A DNA stretch of 64,000 nt from Minisyncoccota bacterium (lineage in GTDB: Bacteria > Patescibacteriota > Minisyncoccia > Phycocordibacterales > CAJQIN01): the NCBI GenBank assembly GCA_905478465.1, contig CAJQIN010000002.1, forward strand, positions 24,312 through 88,311. Reading direction: 5' to 3'. The notes below the pieces were generated by a model. That model worked only from the letters and a program-made list of their open reading frames with translations, did no database searches and was not told where the DNA came from. The translations under genes and the position numbers were made by a program. Below, one piece after another: positions 48,452 to 58,833 of this stretch; the stretch's first letter is position 1, and each line of letters begins with the position of its first letter.

Positions 48452-48802
48452 CTATTCTTCTGGAGAATTTTTTTGATCAAAAGTCGATGAATCTAATTCC
48501 GGATTAGGCATCATTTTTACAAAAAGACATTCTTGAATATTCACCACCTTTTCATACGAAATTCCTAATTCCTTCGCAACATCATACAACCTCTCATCAG
48601 CATCAGGACTATTAACAATCCATGTGACATCTCGAATTTTTAATCCTTTCCCTTCTAGCAACAAACGAATAACAAGAGCGTCTCCACATCTTTCTTCAGC
48701 CTGTTCCCTTTTTTCTTTTGCCCGCGGACCAAGATAAAAAAGAAAACATGCTATAAAAAATATCAATGCACAGATAACCACACACTTACTAACCAAGCTC
48801 AC
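48452..48802 (-). CDS. Single-TM hypothetical protein, paralog of 49180-49533
   Basis: AAGGAG before GTG 48802; LLLEG...IRDVTW motif. Confidence 0.65.
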   Translation of the reverse strand: MSLVSKCVVICALIFFIACFLFYLGPRAKEKREQAEERCGDALVIRLLLEGKGLKIRDVTWIVNSPDADERLYDVAKELGISYEKVVNIQECLFVKMMPNPELDSSTFDQKNSPEE

Positions 48803-48962
48803 ATCAAACTCCTTTATATTAAAAAAACAGAACAAGCGAAACTGTATCGCAATCTATTTATATTATAAATAAAAAAACCGTTACGCACATAAAAATATGT
48901 ACATAACGGTCTAAAGAAAGGATTCACACATAATCAACGGGACCCAAAGGAACGGTTGTTTT

Positions 48963-49190
48963 TTAATCTGACTCCTGACCTGGACTTTCTAGCTCTTCCT
49001 CAAGCGGAAAAACTTTTTGCTGAACAGGAGGTGAATCAGATTTTTCCAAAGCCTTTCTTCTTTCTGACAAAGCATTCAAGAATGGCATAATAACAAGAAG
49101 CCAAATAAGAGTCAGGAAGAAACAAAAAATAACCGCCTGTCTATTTTTATTACGCTCTCTAATCAGTTTTTCCAATTCATCATTCGGCAT
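48963..49190 (-). CDS. Single-TM hypothetical protein
   Basis: GGAGG before ATG 49190; overlaps the upstream gene's stop. Confidence 0.6.
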   Translation of the reverse strand: MPNDELEKLIRERNKNRQAVIFCFFLTLIWLLVIMPFLNALSERRKALEKSDSPPVQQKVFPLEEELESPGQESD

Positions 49191-49533
49191 CAGAGACCTC
49201 CTTTTCTTGCGGATAAAAAACAGGAACAGGCGTCGAATCAAACAAATTATCTGTATCCAACGAAACTTTTAAATTTGTTCGTAGAATATGAATAAGCTCC
49301 ACATATTCTTCAGTTGAAACCGCCGCCCGCAGACGATCGGGTCCGTGCGGACCAAACACCCACACGATATCTCTAATCGGAACTTCTTCCCCGGCAAGCA
49401 ATGCTTCAATCGTTTGCTGATCCTTGGTAGGACCATGCTCTGCAGGTTCAATAGACCCAGCTATTAAGAAAAATAAACAAATCATTAAACCTACCACAAC
49501 TCCAATCACCACTTTATTATTCATATTCATCAA
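49180..49533 (-). CDS. Single-TM hypothetical protein
   Basis: N-terminal TM; ALLAG...IRDIVW motif. Confidence 0.65.
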   Translation of the reverse strand: MMNMNNKVVIGVVVGLMICLFFLIAGSIEPAEHGPTKDQQTIEALLAGEEVPIRDIVWVFGPHGPDRLRAAVSTEEYVELIHILRTNLKVSLDTDNLFDSTPVPVFYPQEKEVSDAE

Positions 49534-49616
49534 AACCCCTTTCTATACAAAGATCACATGCAACACATTGTTACATTTCAAACAAACAATATCTTAAAAA
49601 GAAAATATGTCAATAT

Positions 49617-50744
49617 CTACCGAAGAGCTTCAATTCCTGGAAGAGTTTCATGCGCAAGAAAATCTAACATCGCACCTCCGGCACTTGAAACAAAAGAGAA
49701 CTTTGAAAGTAGGTGAAGTTTTGAAACCACAGCAAGAGTATCCCCTCCACCAATAACAGATTCTTTACCACTCTCTGCAATACGATGTGCGCACTCATTG
49801 GTACCTTCTGCAAAACCTACTTCATAGTTTCCAAGAGGACCATTCCAAAGAATAAAAGATGCTTTATTAATATGCATTTGCAAATCTACAAGTGTCTCTG
49901 GGCCAACATCCATCACAATATCTCCTTTTTCTATTTCAGACGGAAGTCTAACTTCCACTTCCCCCTCCTCAGTTTTCACCACCACATCACTAGGCAAAAA
50001 AAGATGATTATTCTCCAACATACCAGCAACATCAAAATCTTCACCTTCATCAACAAGAGAATCACCCACTTCTAAATCCTGCGCTTTATAAAAATTATTC
50101 ATAAGTGCTCCACCCACCATGACAGTATCGGCTTTCGAAAGAAACTTTTTCAAAAGAGGAAGTTTTGTAGAAAACTTGGCACCACCTAGTATAAAAAGAA
50201 ATGGATGTTTTGGAGAAAGGGCATGTGACAACTCTTCCACCTCTCGAGCAAATGATATTCCCGCATAATGAGGTAGATATTCTGGAATACCAACAATAGA
50301 CGCATGAGATCGATGAGATGATGCAAAAGCTTCATTCATGTACACATCTCCAAAAGAAGCTAGATGTTTTGAAAACTCTCTATCATTCCCTTTCTCCCCT
50401 TCCCACTGCCTAAGATTCTCAAACAAAACAACATCTCCATTTTTCATTTCATTAACTACTTCCCGAGCACTATCTGAAAATATATCTTTTATAAAAAGAA
50501 CAGGAAAATACAAATGTAGATAATTTACAACAGGAAGAAGTGTCCCCCCCAAACCTTCAAAATGACTCATCAAAATAACTTTAGCTCCTTTATGTCTAAG
50601 CTCTTTTATCGTTGGTAAAACTTTCTGAATACGAAAATCATCACCAATAATTCCACCTGATAAAACTGGGACATTAAAATCAACACGAACAATAATCTTT
50701 TTCCCTGCGATATCTCCGATATCGTTGATTGTTTTAAAATTCAT
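49617..50744 (-). CDS. pgk: Phosphoglycerate kinase
   Basis: RVDFNVP, ENLR, GGAK, WNGPLG, GGGDT, GGAML. Confidence 0.97.
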   Translation of the reverse strand: MNFKTINDIGDIAGKKIIVRVDFNVPVLSGGIIGDDFRIQKVLPTIKELRHKGAKVILMSHFEGLGGTLLPVVNYLHLYFPVLFIKDIFSDSAREVVNEMKNGDVVLFENLRQWEGEKGNDREFSKHLASFGDVYMNEAFASSHRSHASIVGIPEYLPHYAGISFAREVEELSHALSPKHPFLFILGGAKFSTKLPLLKKFLSKADTVMVGGALMNNFYKAQDLEVGDSLVDEGEDFDVAGMLENNHLFLPSDVVVKTEEGEVEVRLPSEIEKGDIVMDVGPETLVDLQMHINKASFILWNGPLGNYEVGFAEGTNECAHRIAESGKESVIGGGDTLAVVSKLHLLSKFSFVSSAGGAMLDFLAHETLPGIEALR

Positions 50745-51505
50745 TATGCTTTGTTTACAATACTAATTATTTTTCCAAATTCTTTCGCATCTAAACTGGC
50801 ACGCCCCACAAGAAAACCTTGCACCTCCCCTTCTGAAAAGATATCTTTTGCATTGTTACCTGTTACAGAACCCCCGTATAAAACAGGAACAGAAAAAGCC
50901 GTTCGTTGATTATATAAATCTGAAAGCACTTTACGTATATATAATGTCATCTCGTGCAAGTCCCTTCCTGTAATAGCTTCTTCTCCTGTTTTTCCAATAG
51001 CCCAAACGGGTTCATATGCAATAACTATCTTTTTCACATTTGCTTGTGACACATCCTTTAGGGCATCTTTGATTTCATTTTTTATAACAGACAAATACTC
51101 ACCTTCCATATCTCGCTCGGCCTCACCAATACAAAGTATCGGAATGAGTTTTTCTTTTAGCACTAAAGATATTTTCTTTTGTACGTCTTCTGATGTCTCA
51201 CCTTTTGCTCGACGTTCTGAATGGCCAAGGATAATGTGCGAGACTCCAGCATCTTTCAGCATAGACAAACTTGTCTCTCCAGTATGCGAACCATCTTTTT
51301 CACAAAAAACATTTTGGGCACCATATGAAATAGGCTTATGACCAACAGATGAAAGTGTTATCAAATGCAAAAAAGAAGGACAGACAATTACCTGTGTTTT
51401 TCTGTTTTTTGATGCAACAGTTTTTATACCCCCAGCAATACGCTTCGCCTCACGAAGTGTTTGAGGATTCATTTTCCAATTAGCAATAACTAATTTTGTA
51501 TTCAT
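50744..51505 (-). CDS. tpiA: Triosephosphate isomerase
   Basis: ANWKMN, GHSERR, AYEPVWAIG, YGGSV. Confidence 0.98.
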   Translation of the reverse strand: MNTKLVIANWKMNPQTLREAKRIAGGIKTVASKNRKTQVIVCPSFLHLITLSSVGHKPISYGAQNVFCEKDGSHTGETSLSMLKDAGVSHIILGHSERRAKGETSEDVQKKISLVLKEKLIPILCIGEAERDMEGEYLSVIKNEIKDALKDVSQANVKKIVIAYEPVWAIGKTGEEAITGRDLHEMTLYIRKVLSDLYNQRTAFSVPVLYGGSVTGNNAKDIFSEGEVQGFLVGRASLDAKEFGKIISIVNKA

Positions 51506-51530
51506 AATAAAATTATAGCACGCAGAAAAA

Positions 51531-52955
51531 TTATTTTACCTCTTGCCACTTCAATATTTCGTACTGATCACTAGTCAAAGGAAAACTTGGTGGAGGGCTG
51601 TACAAAAGATTGGCGTCATAGTTTAAATTACGAACTTGATATCCTGTATTATCAGTATAAGAAAATCCATATCGTATATTTGTAGCTATCATGCCATTCA
51701 AAGTCAATGTCGAACGAACATAATTTGAACCACATGACGAACTGTAATAATGTCTTCCCACGCGTCCATTTTGGGCAATAAGGGCACCATCTATCTGCAA
51801 ATCATTTTCACTATATAATCCAACATTTATATTATTCTGCGCGATAAGAGCAATTACATCATTACCATCATAATCGGTATACAATAAATCATTATTAACT
51901 GTAATATTTCGACGAGTTGACTGTGAATCTGGAAATCTTCCTGCAGCAATAGTTACACGTGACCCATCTATCTGACCATCTACCCACACATGATCTTCAA
52001 AAAAAATAATACCGTTATCAGGAATAGGATAGTTACCTATATATCTCTCACTCCTTATACTCCATGTCCCCCAGCCATCTTGAGCTGAATAGGTACAATA
52101 ATAAGAAGCCCACTCAGTACTTCTGACCGTACGCACATCAAAAGTATTATTTGTTTTGAGTGTTATGTGATACCCAGATCTTCCTGAAGATGAAAAATAT
52201 TTTCCATCTGAAATAGCATCTGCCTTCATTTGTGCAAGATCTGTTGTCAATCCAACAAAATCCACCGCCGGCAACGGAAACTGCCTACCCACTTCAAAAA
52301 CGTCAGTCCTGTCTGGAACATCTGCTGGAGGCAAAGGATCTGTCGGATATACGTGAGTATGAACACCAAATTCATTTCCTCCTGCATGATCAGGATCATC
52401 ATACTTCTCAAGCGCACTTGAAATAACATTATGAGCCAAACCATCAAAACGCACTCCTCCGTTTACATGTATTGGTCCATATACTTCTGTCCCTTCACCA
52501 AAACGCATAGCGTCATTTGCCACAACGGCATATTTTGCAAAAGATGGAATTGCCATAGTCACTTGAATAGTACGCGAAATACTGTCATCAGATACAGATG
52601 TACCTGTTGATTTAATAACTACCACGGTAGAACCACTAGGTGGCGGAGTGATCTCAAGGATAAACTCACCAAGCTTCACACCATTTTCATCATTAAAATC
52701 ATGTACATACGGACCATCTACACCTGTTCCATCCTGAAAATCTGTTGGGGCGTGCGCTAGGTGCCATCTATAGTAGTCGATACCCGCTTCGGCAATCTGT
52801 ATAGACCGCTCCAAATATACAGAACGTTTGGCTGATTTTATTGCCACAGCAGATGCATTTACCAAAGCTGTCACCAGAACCACTGCAATACTTCCATATA
52901 CAATAGTTTGTATGAGAATGGTTCCTTTCTGTTTTGTCTGTGAAAATATATTCAT
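51531..52955 (-). CDS. PilX-like minor pilin
   Basis: KG-TILI leader, AEAGI motif. Confidence 0.75.
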   Translation of the reverse strand: MNIFSQTKQKGTILIQTIVYGSIAVVLVTALVNASAVAIKSAKRSVYLERSIQIAEAGIDYYRWHLAHAPTDFQDGTGVDGPYVHDFNDENGVKLGEFILEITPPPSGSTVVVIKSTGTSVSDDSISRTIQVTMAIPSFAKYAVVANDAMRFGEGTEVYGPIHVNGGVRFDGLAHNVISSALEKYDDPDHAGGNEFGVHTHVYPTDPLPPADVPDRTDVFEVGRQFPLPAVDFVGLTTDLAQMKADAISDGKYFSSSGRSGYHITLKTNNTFDVRTVRSTEWASYYCTYSAQDGWGTWSIRSERYIGNYPIPDNGIIFFEDHVWVDGQIDGSRVTIAAGRFPDSQSTRRNITVNNDLLYTDYDGNDVIALIAQNNINVGLYSENDLQIDGALIAQNGRVGRHYYSSSCGSNYVRSTLTLNGMIATNIRYGFSYTDNTGYQVRNLNYDANLLYSPPPSFPLTSDQYEILKWQEVK

Positions 52956-52956
52956 A

Positions 52957-53571
52957 TTACAAGTTATCTTTTAGATTACGCATCATAGCTTCAGTTGTAA
53001 TTACCATTGCACCAGGTCCTGTACTTACATTATTATCTACCTCTAAGATTATTTGAACTAAACGTATATCACTAATGTTCACCGGAAATGTAAGAGCTGT
53101 TGTGGACGAAACTCCATTATAATTTTCATCATAGAATGTAAAAATATTTGTATTACGCACATCCTCAAGTAGCGTTACTATCTCCTCATCTTCATCGGAG
53201 TACACATGGTACGCCCCTTCTGGAACAATAATTCCTCTCTTGAAAAGAGTTCCTTCCAAAAAATATCTAATTTTTTCTTTTAACCCATCACCATCGGCAT
53301 CACTGAAAAATGTAAAAGTACTTTCATTTGCCACAGCAACAGGGTACGCCCCCGAACTTGATGACTCAGCGCTTCGTATCTCTGATGCTGTATTTTTTAA
53401 CATTCTCTCTGCTTGAAATTGTGCAGACAAATTACTCTGAAAACCAAAACCAAGATTAAAAATATCCGCTTGGAATGTCGCCATCACTATAGTGAACATG
53501 GAAATAATAGAAACGACAATAATCAATTCTATAAGAGTTATTCCTTTATTATATTGTTTATTATTCATCAA
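52957..53571 (-). CDS. Type IV prepilin-like protein (PilW/GspJ-like)
   Basis: KGITLIELII N-methylation motif. Confidence 0.85.
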   Translation of the reverse strand: MMNNKQYNKGITLIELIIVVSIISMFTIVMATFQADIFNLGFGFQSNLSAQFQAERMLKNTASEIRSAESSSSGAYPVAVANESTFTFFSDADGDGLKEKIRYFLEGTLFKRGIIVPEGAYHVYSDEDEEIVTLLEDVRNTNIFTFYDENYNGVSSTTALTFPVNISDIRLVQIILEVDNNVSTGPGAMVITTEAMMRNLKDNL

Positions 53572-55375
53572 GATTTAAAATGATTTCACGTTGCTGCCAA
53601 GAACTTCCCACGGTCACAGATTCACTTTGTGTTTGGTATCCAGAAGCTTCAATATCTAAAATATAATCACCCTGATCCAGCCCATCAAATATAGCTTGCC
53701 CTGGAGGCACGCAATCTGTTGTAAATGTAAAAGAAATATCTGAAACATTAGGTGTCACCGTATCATCTTCTGTACTCAGAATTACTTTGTATCGAACATA
53801 CCTATCTCCATTATGAATAGGATTAATATCTGTTTCTGCCAAACTATAATATGTAGTTGTAGCACCATCCGGTCCTCTGAAAACCCAATCAACAGTTGAG
53901 GTAGCATTACTCGTGGCAATTTGTAGCCGAACACTCTCTGCCCCAGTACCCACTGATTGGTCTTGTGGCGCCCAATTTAACTTTCCAAAATTACTTGTTT
54001 CTCCTGTATCAAAAATAGACGAAACAAGTTCTCCGTCAGCCACATAACTTCCAAAGACATTTTGCAATTTCAAATCTCCACTTGGAGAAGTTGTATCTAT
54101 ATCTCCATCTGATGAAAAATATTCATCCTCCTGCTCAAATTCTATCTGCCCAGATCCACCAGACCAGTCTGTTTGATTTAAATACCCACGACCAGTTGTC
54201 TCAACAAGAGCAGAACCTGAAGACGGGGTTAATGTCACTGTTGCACCTGAGAGTGGCTGCAATGTGGCATTATCCCGCACAGTCACCAAAAGTGCCGAGG
54301 GATTATACGAACCTAGAACAAGCATAACGTCATAGTCGGTCCCAGGTGATACATCTAGAAGTGTCGCAGGACTTGAACCCTCAAGTTGATATGCCAGGTC
54401 TGTCACATCCAAACTATATGTATCCCACTCTGCCCCCCAAACATCCAACTCCCCCAAAGAATTAGTTACTTTATTCGCAGTATATTTTGTCTGATCTGGA
54501 TTTATACCAATGAGCTTTGTTCCCTTTAAGGAAAAATCAACGGATGAAACAGGATCACAACTACGATTAACGGTAGCAAAATGTAAGTCACTTGTTTGGT
54601 CGATGATAAAAGTTACCTGTGTAACCTGCTGCAGAATGACAGTAACATCTGGATGGAGAGGAGTTGAGGGACTAAGATCATCTAATGCATATGTTTGTGA
54701 CGCTGAGTACCCAGACTTTGTAACATGTACAGAATAACCTTGCACATCTGGAGGAACATCTACCAATTGAAGCATTCCGTTATTATCTGTTGTTTCATCA
54801 AATGTAATTACAGGATCAAGATTTGTATTTGATATATGAACATCAGCATCAACGATAGGTTGTCCATTTGCATCTATAACCTGAATAAACAGAGCACCAT
54901 TATCTGAAGCTGTTTCTAAATTCTTTGGACCCACACGTGTAGTGAAATGAAGTGGAGAAAAACTCTTGCACCCTGGACATCCGATAAGGATATCTACCAA
55001 TTTTGAATCAGCAGGAGAAAGGTCATTTGGACTACCGCCAATTGTTCCATCAAAAGGATCGTCAATATTTCGAATAGTAGTAGTTGCATAGAATGTCGCA
55101 TTATTACGCACAAACTCTTGTGCTCGTGGAAGTGTTCCTGTCGGAATACCACCCTCTATACCAACATCTGCATAAGGCATATTGCGAATGATTTCAAACA
55201 TTTCATTTGAAAGAGCCGAAGCGGTTACTTTATCTTTTGAAATACTTATCAGCTCATACAAATTCACATAGGCTGTGTATGTAATGGTTGAGATAATAAG
55301 AAACAAAGCAACACCAATAACAGTTTCAACAAGGGTAAGTCCAGATTTTTTTGAAGATGAGAAAGAATGCATCAT
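53561..55375 (-). CDS. Large prepilin-like protein with carboxypeptidase-regulatory-like domains
   Basis: SGLTLVET motif; D.NGQPI..A.V and ASGY repeats. Confidence 0.8.
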   Translation of the reverse strand: MMHSFSSSKKSGLTLVETVIGVALFLIISTITYTAYVNLYELISISKDKVTASALSNEMFEIIRNMPYADVGIEGGIPTGTLPRAQEFVRNNATFYATTTIRNIDDPFDGTIGGSPNDLSPADSKLVDILIGCPGCKSFSPLHFTTRVGPKNLETASDNGALFIQVIDANGQPIVDADVHISNTNLDPVITFDETTDNNGMLQLVDVPPDVQGYSVHVTKSGYSASQTYALDDLSPSTPLHPDVTVILQQVTQVTFIIDQTSDLHFATVNRSCDPVSSVDFSLKGTKLIGINPDQTKYTANKVTNSLGELDVWGAEWDTYSLDVTDLAYQLEGSSPATLLDVSPGTDYDVMLVLGSYNPSALLVTVRDNATLQPLSGATVTLTPSSGSALVETTGRGYLNQTDWSGGSGQIEFEQEDEYFSSDGDIDTTSPSGDLKLQNVFGSYVADGELVSSIFDTGETSNFGKLNWAPQDQSVGTGAESVRLQIATSNATSTVDWVFRGPDGATTTYYSLAETDINPIHNGDRYVRYKVILSTEDDTVTPNVSDISFTFTTDCVPPGQAIFDGLDQGDYILDIEASGYQTQSESVTVGSSWQQREIILNLDE

Positions 55376-55478
55376 AAGTACATCTATTATGACAGAAGAA
55401 GGGCTAAGTTAGAAATCTTTTTTATAAAAAAAGAACTCACTAGTAGTAACTAGTGAGTTCTTGAACTTTAACAAACCC

Positions 55479-55598
55479 TTAACCTGTACAAAAAATTGAA
55501 ATCAAAACGCCAGCCATGATTACACACACAGCTACCAACATACAGATGACATCTTTCTTGAAAATATCAACTTGTTTGCGAGACTTAAGACTTTCCAT
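55479..55598 (-). CDS. 39-aa single-TM peptide
   Basis: AGGAG before ATG 55598; hairpin terminator follows. Confidence 0.4.
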   Translation of the reverse strand: MESLKSRKQVDIFKKDVICMLVAVCVIMAGVLISIFCTG

Positions 55599-55665
55599 AA
55601 AAAACTCCTCTAATCTTGAGTACTGATCCATAAAAAATATACAATCTTTTCCAAAAAAAGCAAGT

Positions 55666-56889
55666 CTATATAGCATCCACCAAAGAATACGTAGGTGTCA
55701 GCATTGAAATAGCAAAGAATCCAACCGCAACACCAATGAAGGCCATAAGCAGAGGTTCAATAAGAGTCGATAAGTTTTTAGTTCTCTCCTGTACATCATT
55801 TTCATAAAAATCAGCAACATTTCCAAACATTTGCGCAAGGTTTCCTGTCTCCTCTCCAACACTTGCCATCTCTCCAACAAAAATAGGATAAAGTTTTTCA
55901 TAAGAAAGAAGTACTTTTGAAATCGGCTCACCTTTCTGAACTTTCTCCTCCGCTTCTTCAAGAACTTTTCTGTAATATGAATTTTGTACAACATCGCGTG
56001 TAATACGAATTGCCTCTACATACTCAACACCAGAAGAAAGAAGTGACGAAAGTGTTCTAGCTGTTCGCGCCGAGTTAATCTCTTTTGTAATCGGAGAGAA
56101 AAGTGGAACTTTCAACAAAACAAACTCTATAGATTTTTTCCCCCACTTTGTCTTTAACGCATACGCACCAGAACCAAATACCCCAACCAATACACCCAAG
56201 GTAAGTATCGTATGAAAGCGAAGAAAATCACTAATTGCAATAACAAATTGCGTTGAAAGAGGTAACTCAACCCCAAGATCTTTGAAGGTAGATGTTAGAG
56301 TAGGAACTACAAAATAAAGCATCAAAATTCCAAGAACTCCAATCAAACTAATAATCACGGCAGGATAAATCATGGCCCCTTTTATCTTCTTTTTAATCAA
56401 ATATGTACGCTCTAATTGTGAAGCAACGGCATCTAATGATTCAGACAAGTTTCCACTTCCCTCACCTGAAGCAACCATTGAAACAAAAAGGTTAGGAAAG
56501 ACTTTCGGATAATCCTGCAAAGATTGATGAAAGGAATTACCTTTACTAATACTTGTCTGCATATCAGCAAGTATTTTTTTAAAAAATTTATTTTTTGTTT
56601 GTCTCTCAAGAACAGACAAAGCTCTTGTCAAAGAAAGTCCTGAACGAATCATGAGTCCCAAGTTACGTGCAAAAAGAATTTTGTCGTGCTCTTTTACCGT
56701 ACCTAGAAAAACATCAATTTTACTCACAATAGATTTAAATCCTTTAGATTTTCGAACAACTTCTATAAAAATAACTTGTTCTCCAGACTCTTCAATCTTT
56801 GCCTTTACCACAAATTTATCCTTGGCCTCCATTTTTGCCTCATACGACTCTCCATTACTTTTCAATGCTTTATATTTAAATAGTGACAT
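55666..56889 (-). CDS. pilC: Type IV pilus platform protein PilC/GspF
   Basis: GEGSGNL, AMIYP, VGEETGNL, LIEP. Confidence 0.93.
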   Translation of the reverse strand: MSLFKYKALKSNGESYEAKMEAKDKFVVKAKIEESGEQVIFIEVVRKSKGFKSIVSKIDVFLGTVKEHDKILFARNLGLMIRSGLSLTRALSVLERQTKNKFFKKILADMQTSISKGNSFHQSLQDYPKVFPNLFVSMVASGEGSGNLSESLDAVASQLERTYLIKKKIKGAMIYPAVIISLIGVLGILMLYFVVPTLTSTFKDLGVELPLSTQFVIAISDFLRFHTILTLGVLVGVFGSGAYALKTKWGKKSIEFVLLKVPLFSPITKEINSARTARTLSSLLSSGVEYVEAIRITRDVVQNSYYRKVLEEAEEKVQKGEPISKVLLSYEKLYPIFVGEMASVGEETGNLAQMFGNVADFYENDVQERTKNLSTLIEPLLMAFIGVAVGFFAISMLTPTYSLVDAI

Positions 56890-56892
56890 ATA

Positions 56893-58635
56893 TTATTCTG
56901 AAATAACTCGTAATACTTCTTCAATTGTTGTTCTTCCTTGCGCAGCTTTAAAAATACCATCTTCAATCATGGTAAGCATTCCTTCCTCCATAGCTTGTTT
57001 CTGAATAACGCCAGCGGTAGCGTCTTTCATAATCAACTCTTTAATAGATTCTGAAACTTTGAGTACCTCATGAATAACCAATCGTCCTGAGTATCCAGCC
57101 TCACCTTTTGGTTTAAAAAATGGAATCTTCTCCCATGAAGTAACTTTATCTTCAATAATCTTTTCTTCTTTCAAGACTTCCAAAACTTTATCCAAGTTAA
57201 CATTCTTCTTTAAAGTAGCTACCTCTTTTTTACTCAAAAAATATGTTTCTCTTGCTTCAGAAAGTTTTCGTACTAGACGTTGCGCGATAATAACATCAAG
57301 AGTTGAAACCAAAAGAAAAGGCTGAGCACCCATATCCAACAAACGAGGAATAGTTCCTGCGGCAGAGTTGGTGTGCAAAGTTGAAAGCACAAGGTGTCCG
57401 GTAAGTGAAGCATTAATAGCAAGAGATGCTGTTTCTCCATCTCGGATCTCACCAACCATAATCACATCAGGATCTTGTCGAACAAGAGCACGAAGCCCTT
57501 TTGAAAAGGTAAATCCAATATCTGGCTTTACCTGCGTTTGATTCACTCTCTTCATTTGATACTCAACAGGATCCTCTACCGTAGAAATATTCACATCAGG
57601 AGTATTTAGAATATCTAAAACAGTATACAGTGTGGTCGTCTTTCCTGAACCCGTAGGACCAGTGGTGAGAATCATTCCTGTAGTGGATTTTGTGGCATTT
57701 TGAATTCTCTCAAGAGCTTCTCCGTGGAAACCAAGTCCTTCAAGGGTAAACCCTGAAACATTTTCTCTCAACAACCGCATAACAGTCTTCTCTCCATAGT
57801 AGGTAGGAAGTGTTGAAACACGAAAAGAAACTTTTTCTCCATTCAATTCAATTTTAAATCGTCCATCTTGAGGAAGACGCTTCTCATCAAGTTTTAAGTT
57901 TGAAAGAACTTTTATACGTGCAGTAATACCCTCTGATGCTACCTTGGGAAGAGTCATGGCATCACGCAAAATTCCATCAATTCGATATCGAACTACAACC
58001 TGATCTTCCATTGATTCAATATGGATATCTGATGCATTTTGTAATATGGCATGTTTTAACAATGTATCTATAATACGCACCACAGGAATATCCTCGGCCA
58101 TAGCTTTCAAATCTTTTTCAGAGGCACCTGACCCAGAGCTCTCTTTTAGTGTTTTTATCTCCCCAACTTCTTTCTGAATAATATCCCCAAACTCCGCTTT
58201 CAAACTTTTTTGATATTGAAGAAGTGCATGCTTGATAGAAGCGTTATCTGTCAGACGAGGAAGTATTCGAAGTCCTACTTTCTTTTTTACAAAATCAATT
58301 GCCTCCAAGTCATCAGTATCAAGCATCGCTATCTCAAGAGCCTTTCCATCTTTTCGAAAAGCCACAATATTATGATTACGGGCAATTGGTTCTGGAATAA
58401 GTGACAACACTTCAAAATCAAGTTGCTGATTTTTCAAATTAACAAAAGGAATACCCAGAATGTATGCCTGTATCTTTCGCAAATCATCTTCAGTCAACTT
58501 CCCCTCACCTACCAAAATATCTCCCACCCCTTGCCCCTTCTTCTCGGCAATTTTGCTGGCAGCATCGAAATCTTTTTTTGTAATGAGACCAGAATCAAGA
58601 ATAAATTCTTCGAGTTGTGATTCTTCAATATGCAT
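56893..58635 (-). CDS. pilB: Type IV pilus assembly ATPase PilB/GspE
   Basis: ASDIH, RLPQDG, GPTGSGKTTTLY, EDPVEY, RQDPD, TGHLVLSTLHTN. Confidence 0.94.
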   Translation of the reverse strand: MHIEESQLEEFILDSGLITKKDFDAASKIAEKKGQGVGDILVGEGKLTEDDLRKIQAYILGIPFVNLKNQQLDFEVLSLIPEPIARNHNIVAFRKDGKALEIAMLDTDDLEAIDFVKKKVGLRILPRLTDNASIKHALLQYQKSLKAEFGDIIQKEVGEIKTLKESSGSGASEKDLKAMAEDIPVVRIIDTLLKHAILQNASDIHIESMEDQVVVRYRIDGILRDAMTLPKVASEGITARIKVLSNLKLDEKRLPQDGRFKIELNGEKVSFRVSTLPTYYGEKTVMRLLRENVSGFTLEGLGFHGEALERIQNATKSTTGMILTTGPTGSGKTTTLYTVLDILNTPDVNISTVEDPVEYQMKRVNQTQVKPDIGFTFSKGLRALVRQDPDVIMVGEIRDGETASLAINASLTGHLVLSTLHTNSAAGTIPRLLDMGAQPFLLVSTLDVIIAQRLVRKLSEARETYFLSKKEVATLKKNVNLDKVLEVLKEEKIIEDKVTSWEKIPFFKPKGEAGYSGRLVIHEVLKVSESIKELIMKDATAGVIQKQAMEEGMLTMIEDGIFKAAQGRTTIEEVLRVISE

Positions 58636-58833
58636 TGATGAAATTATAACAGAGAAAAGAAATTTACGTTGTGTATACCTAACAATAACTCACTTTATAT
58701 ATAAAAATAATCGAGTACACTAACTTGACAAACAACATATTTCGTGTATTCTTATGCCCAGAACTTTCTAAGACATGTGTCTTATAAAGTAACAAACAAA
58801 CTAGTTCATTAAAAAAATACAAGGAGAAATAAA

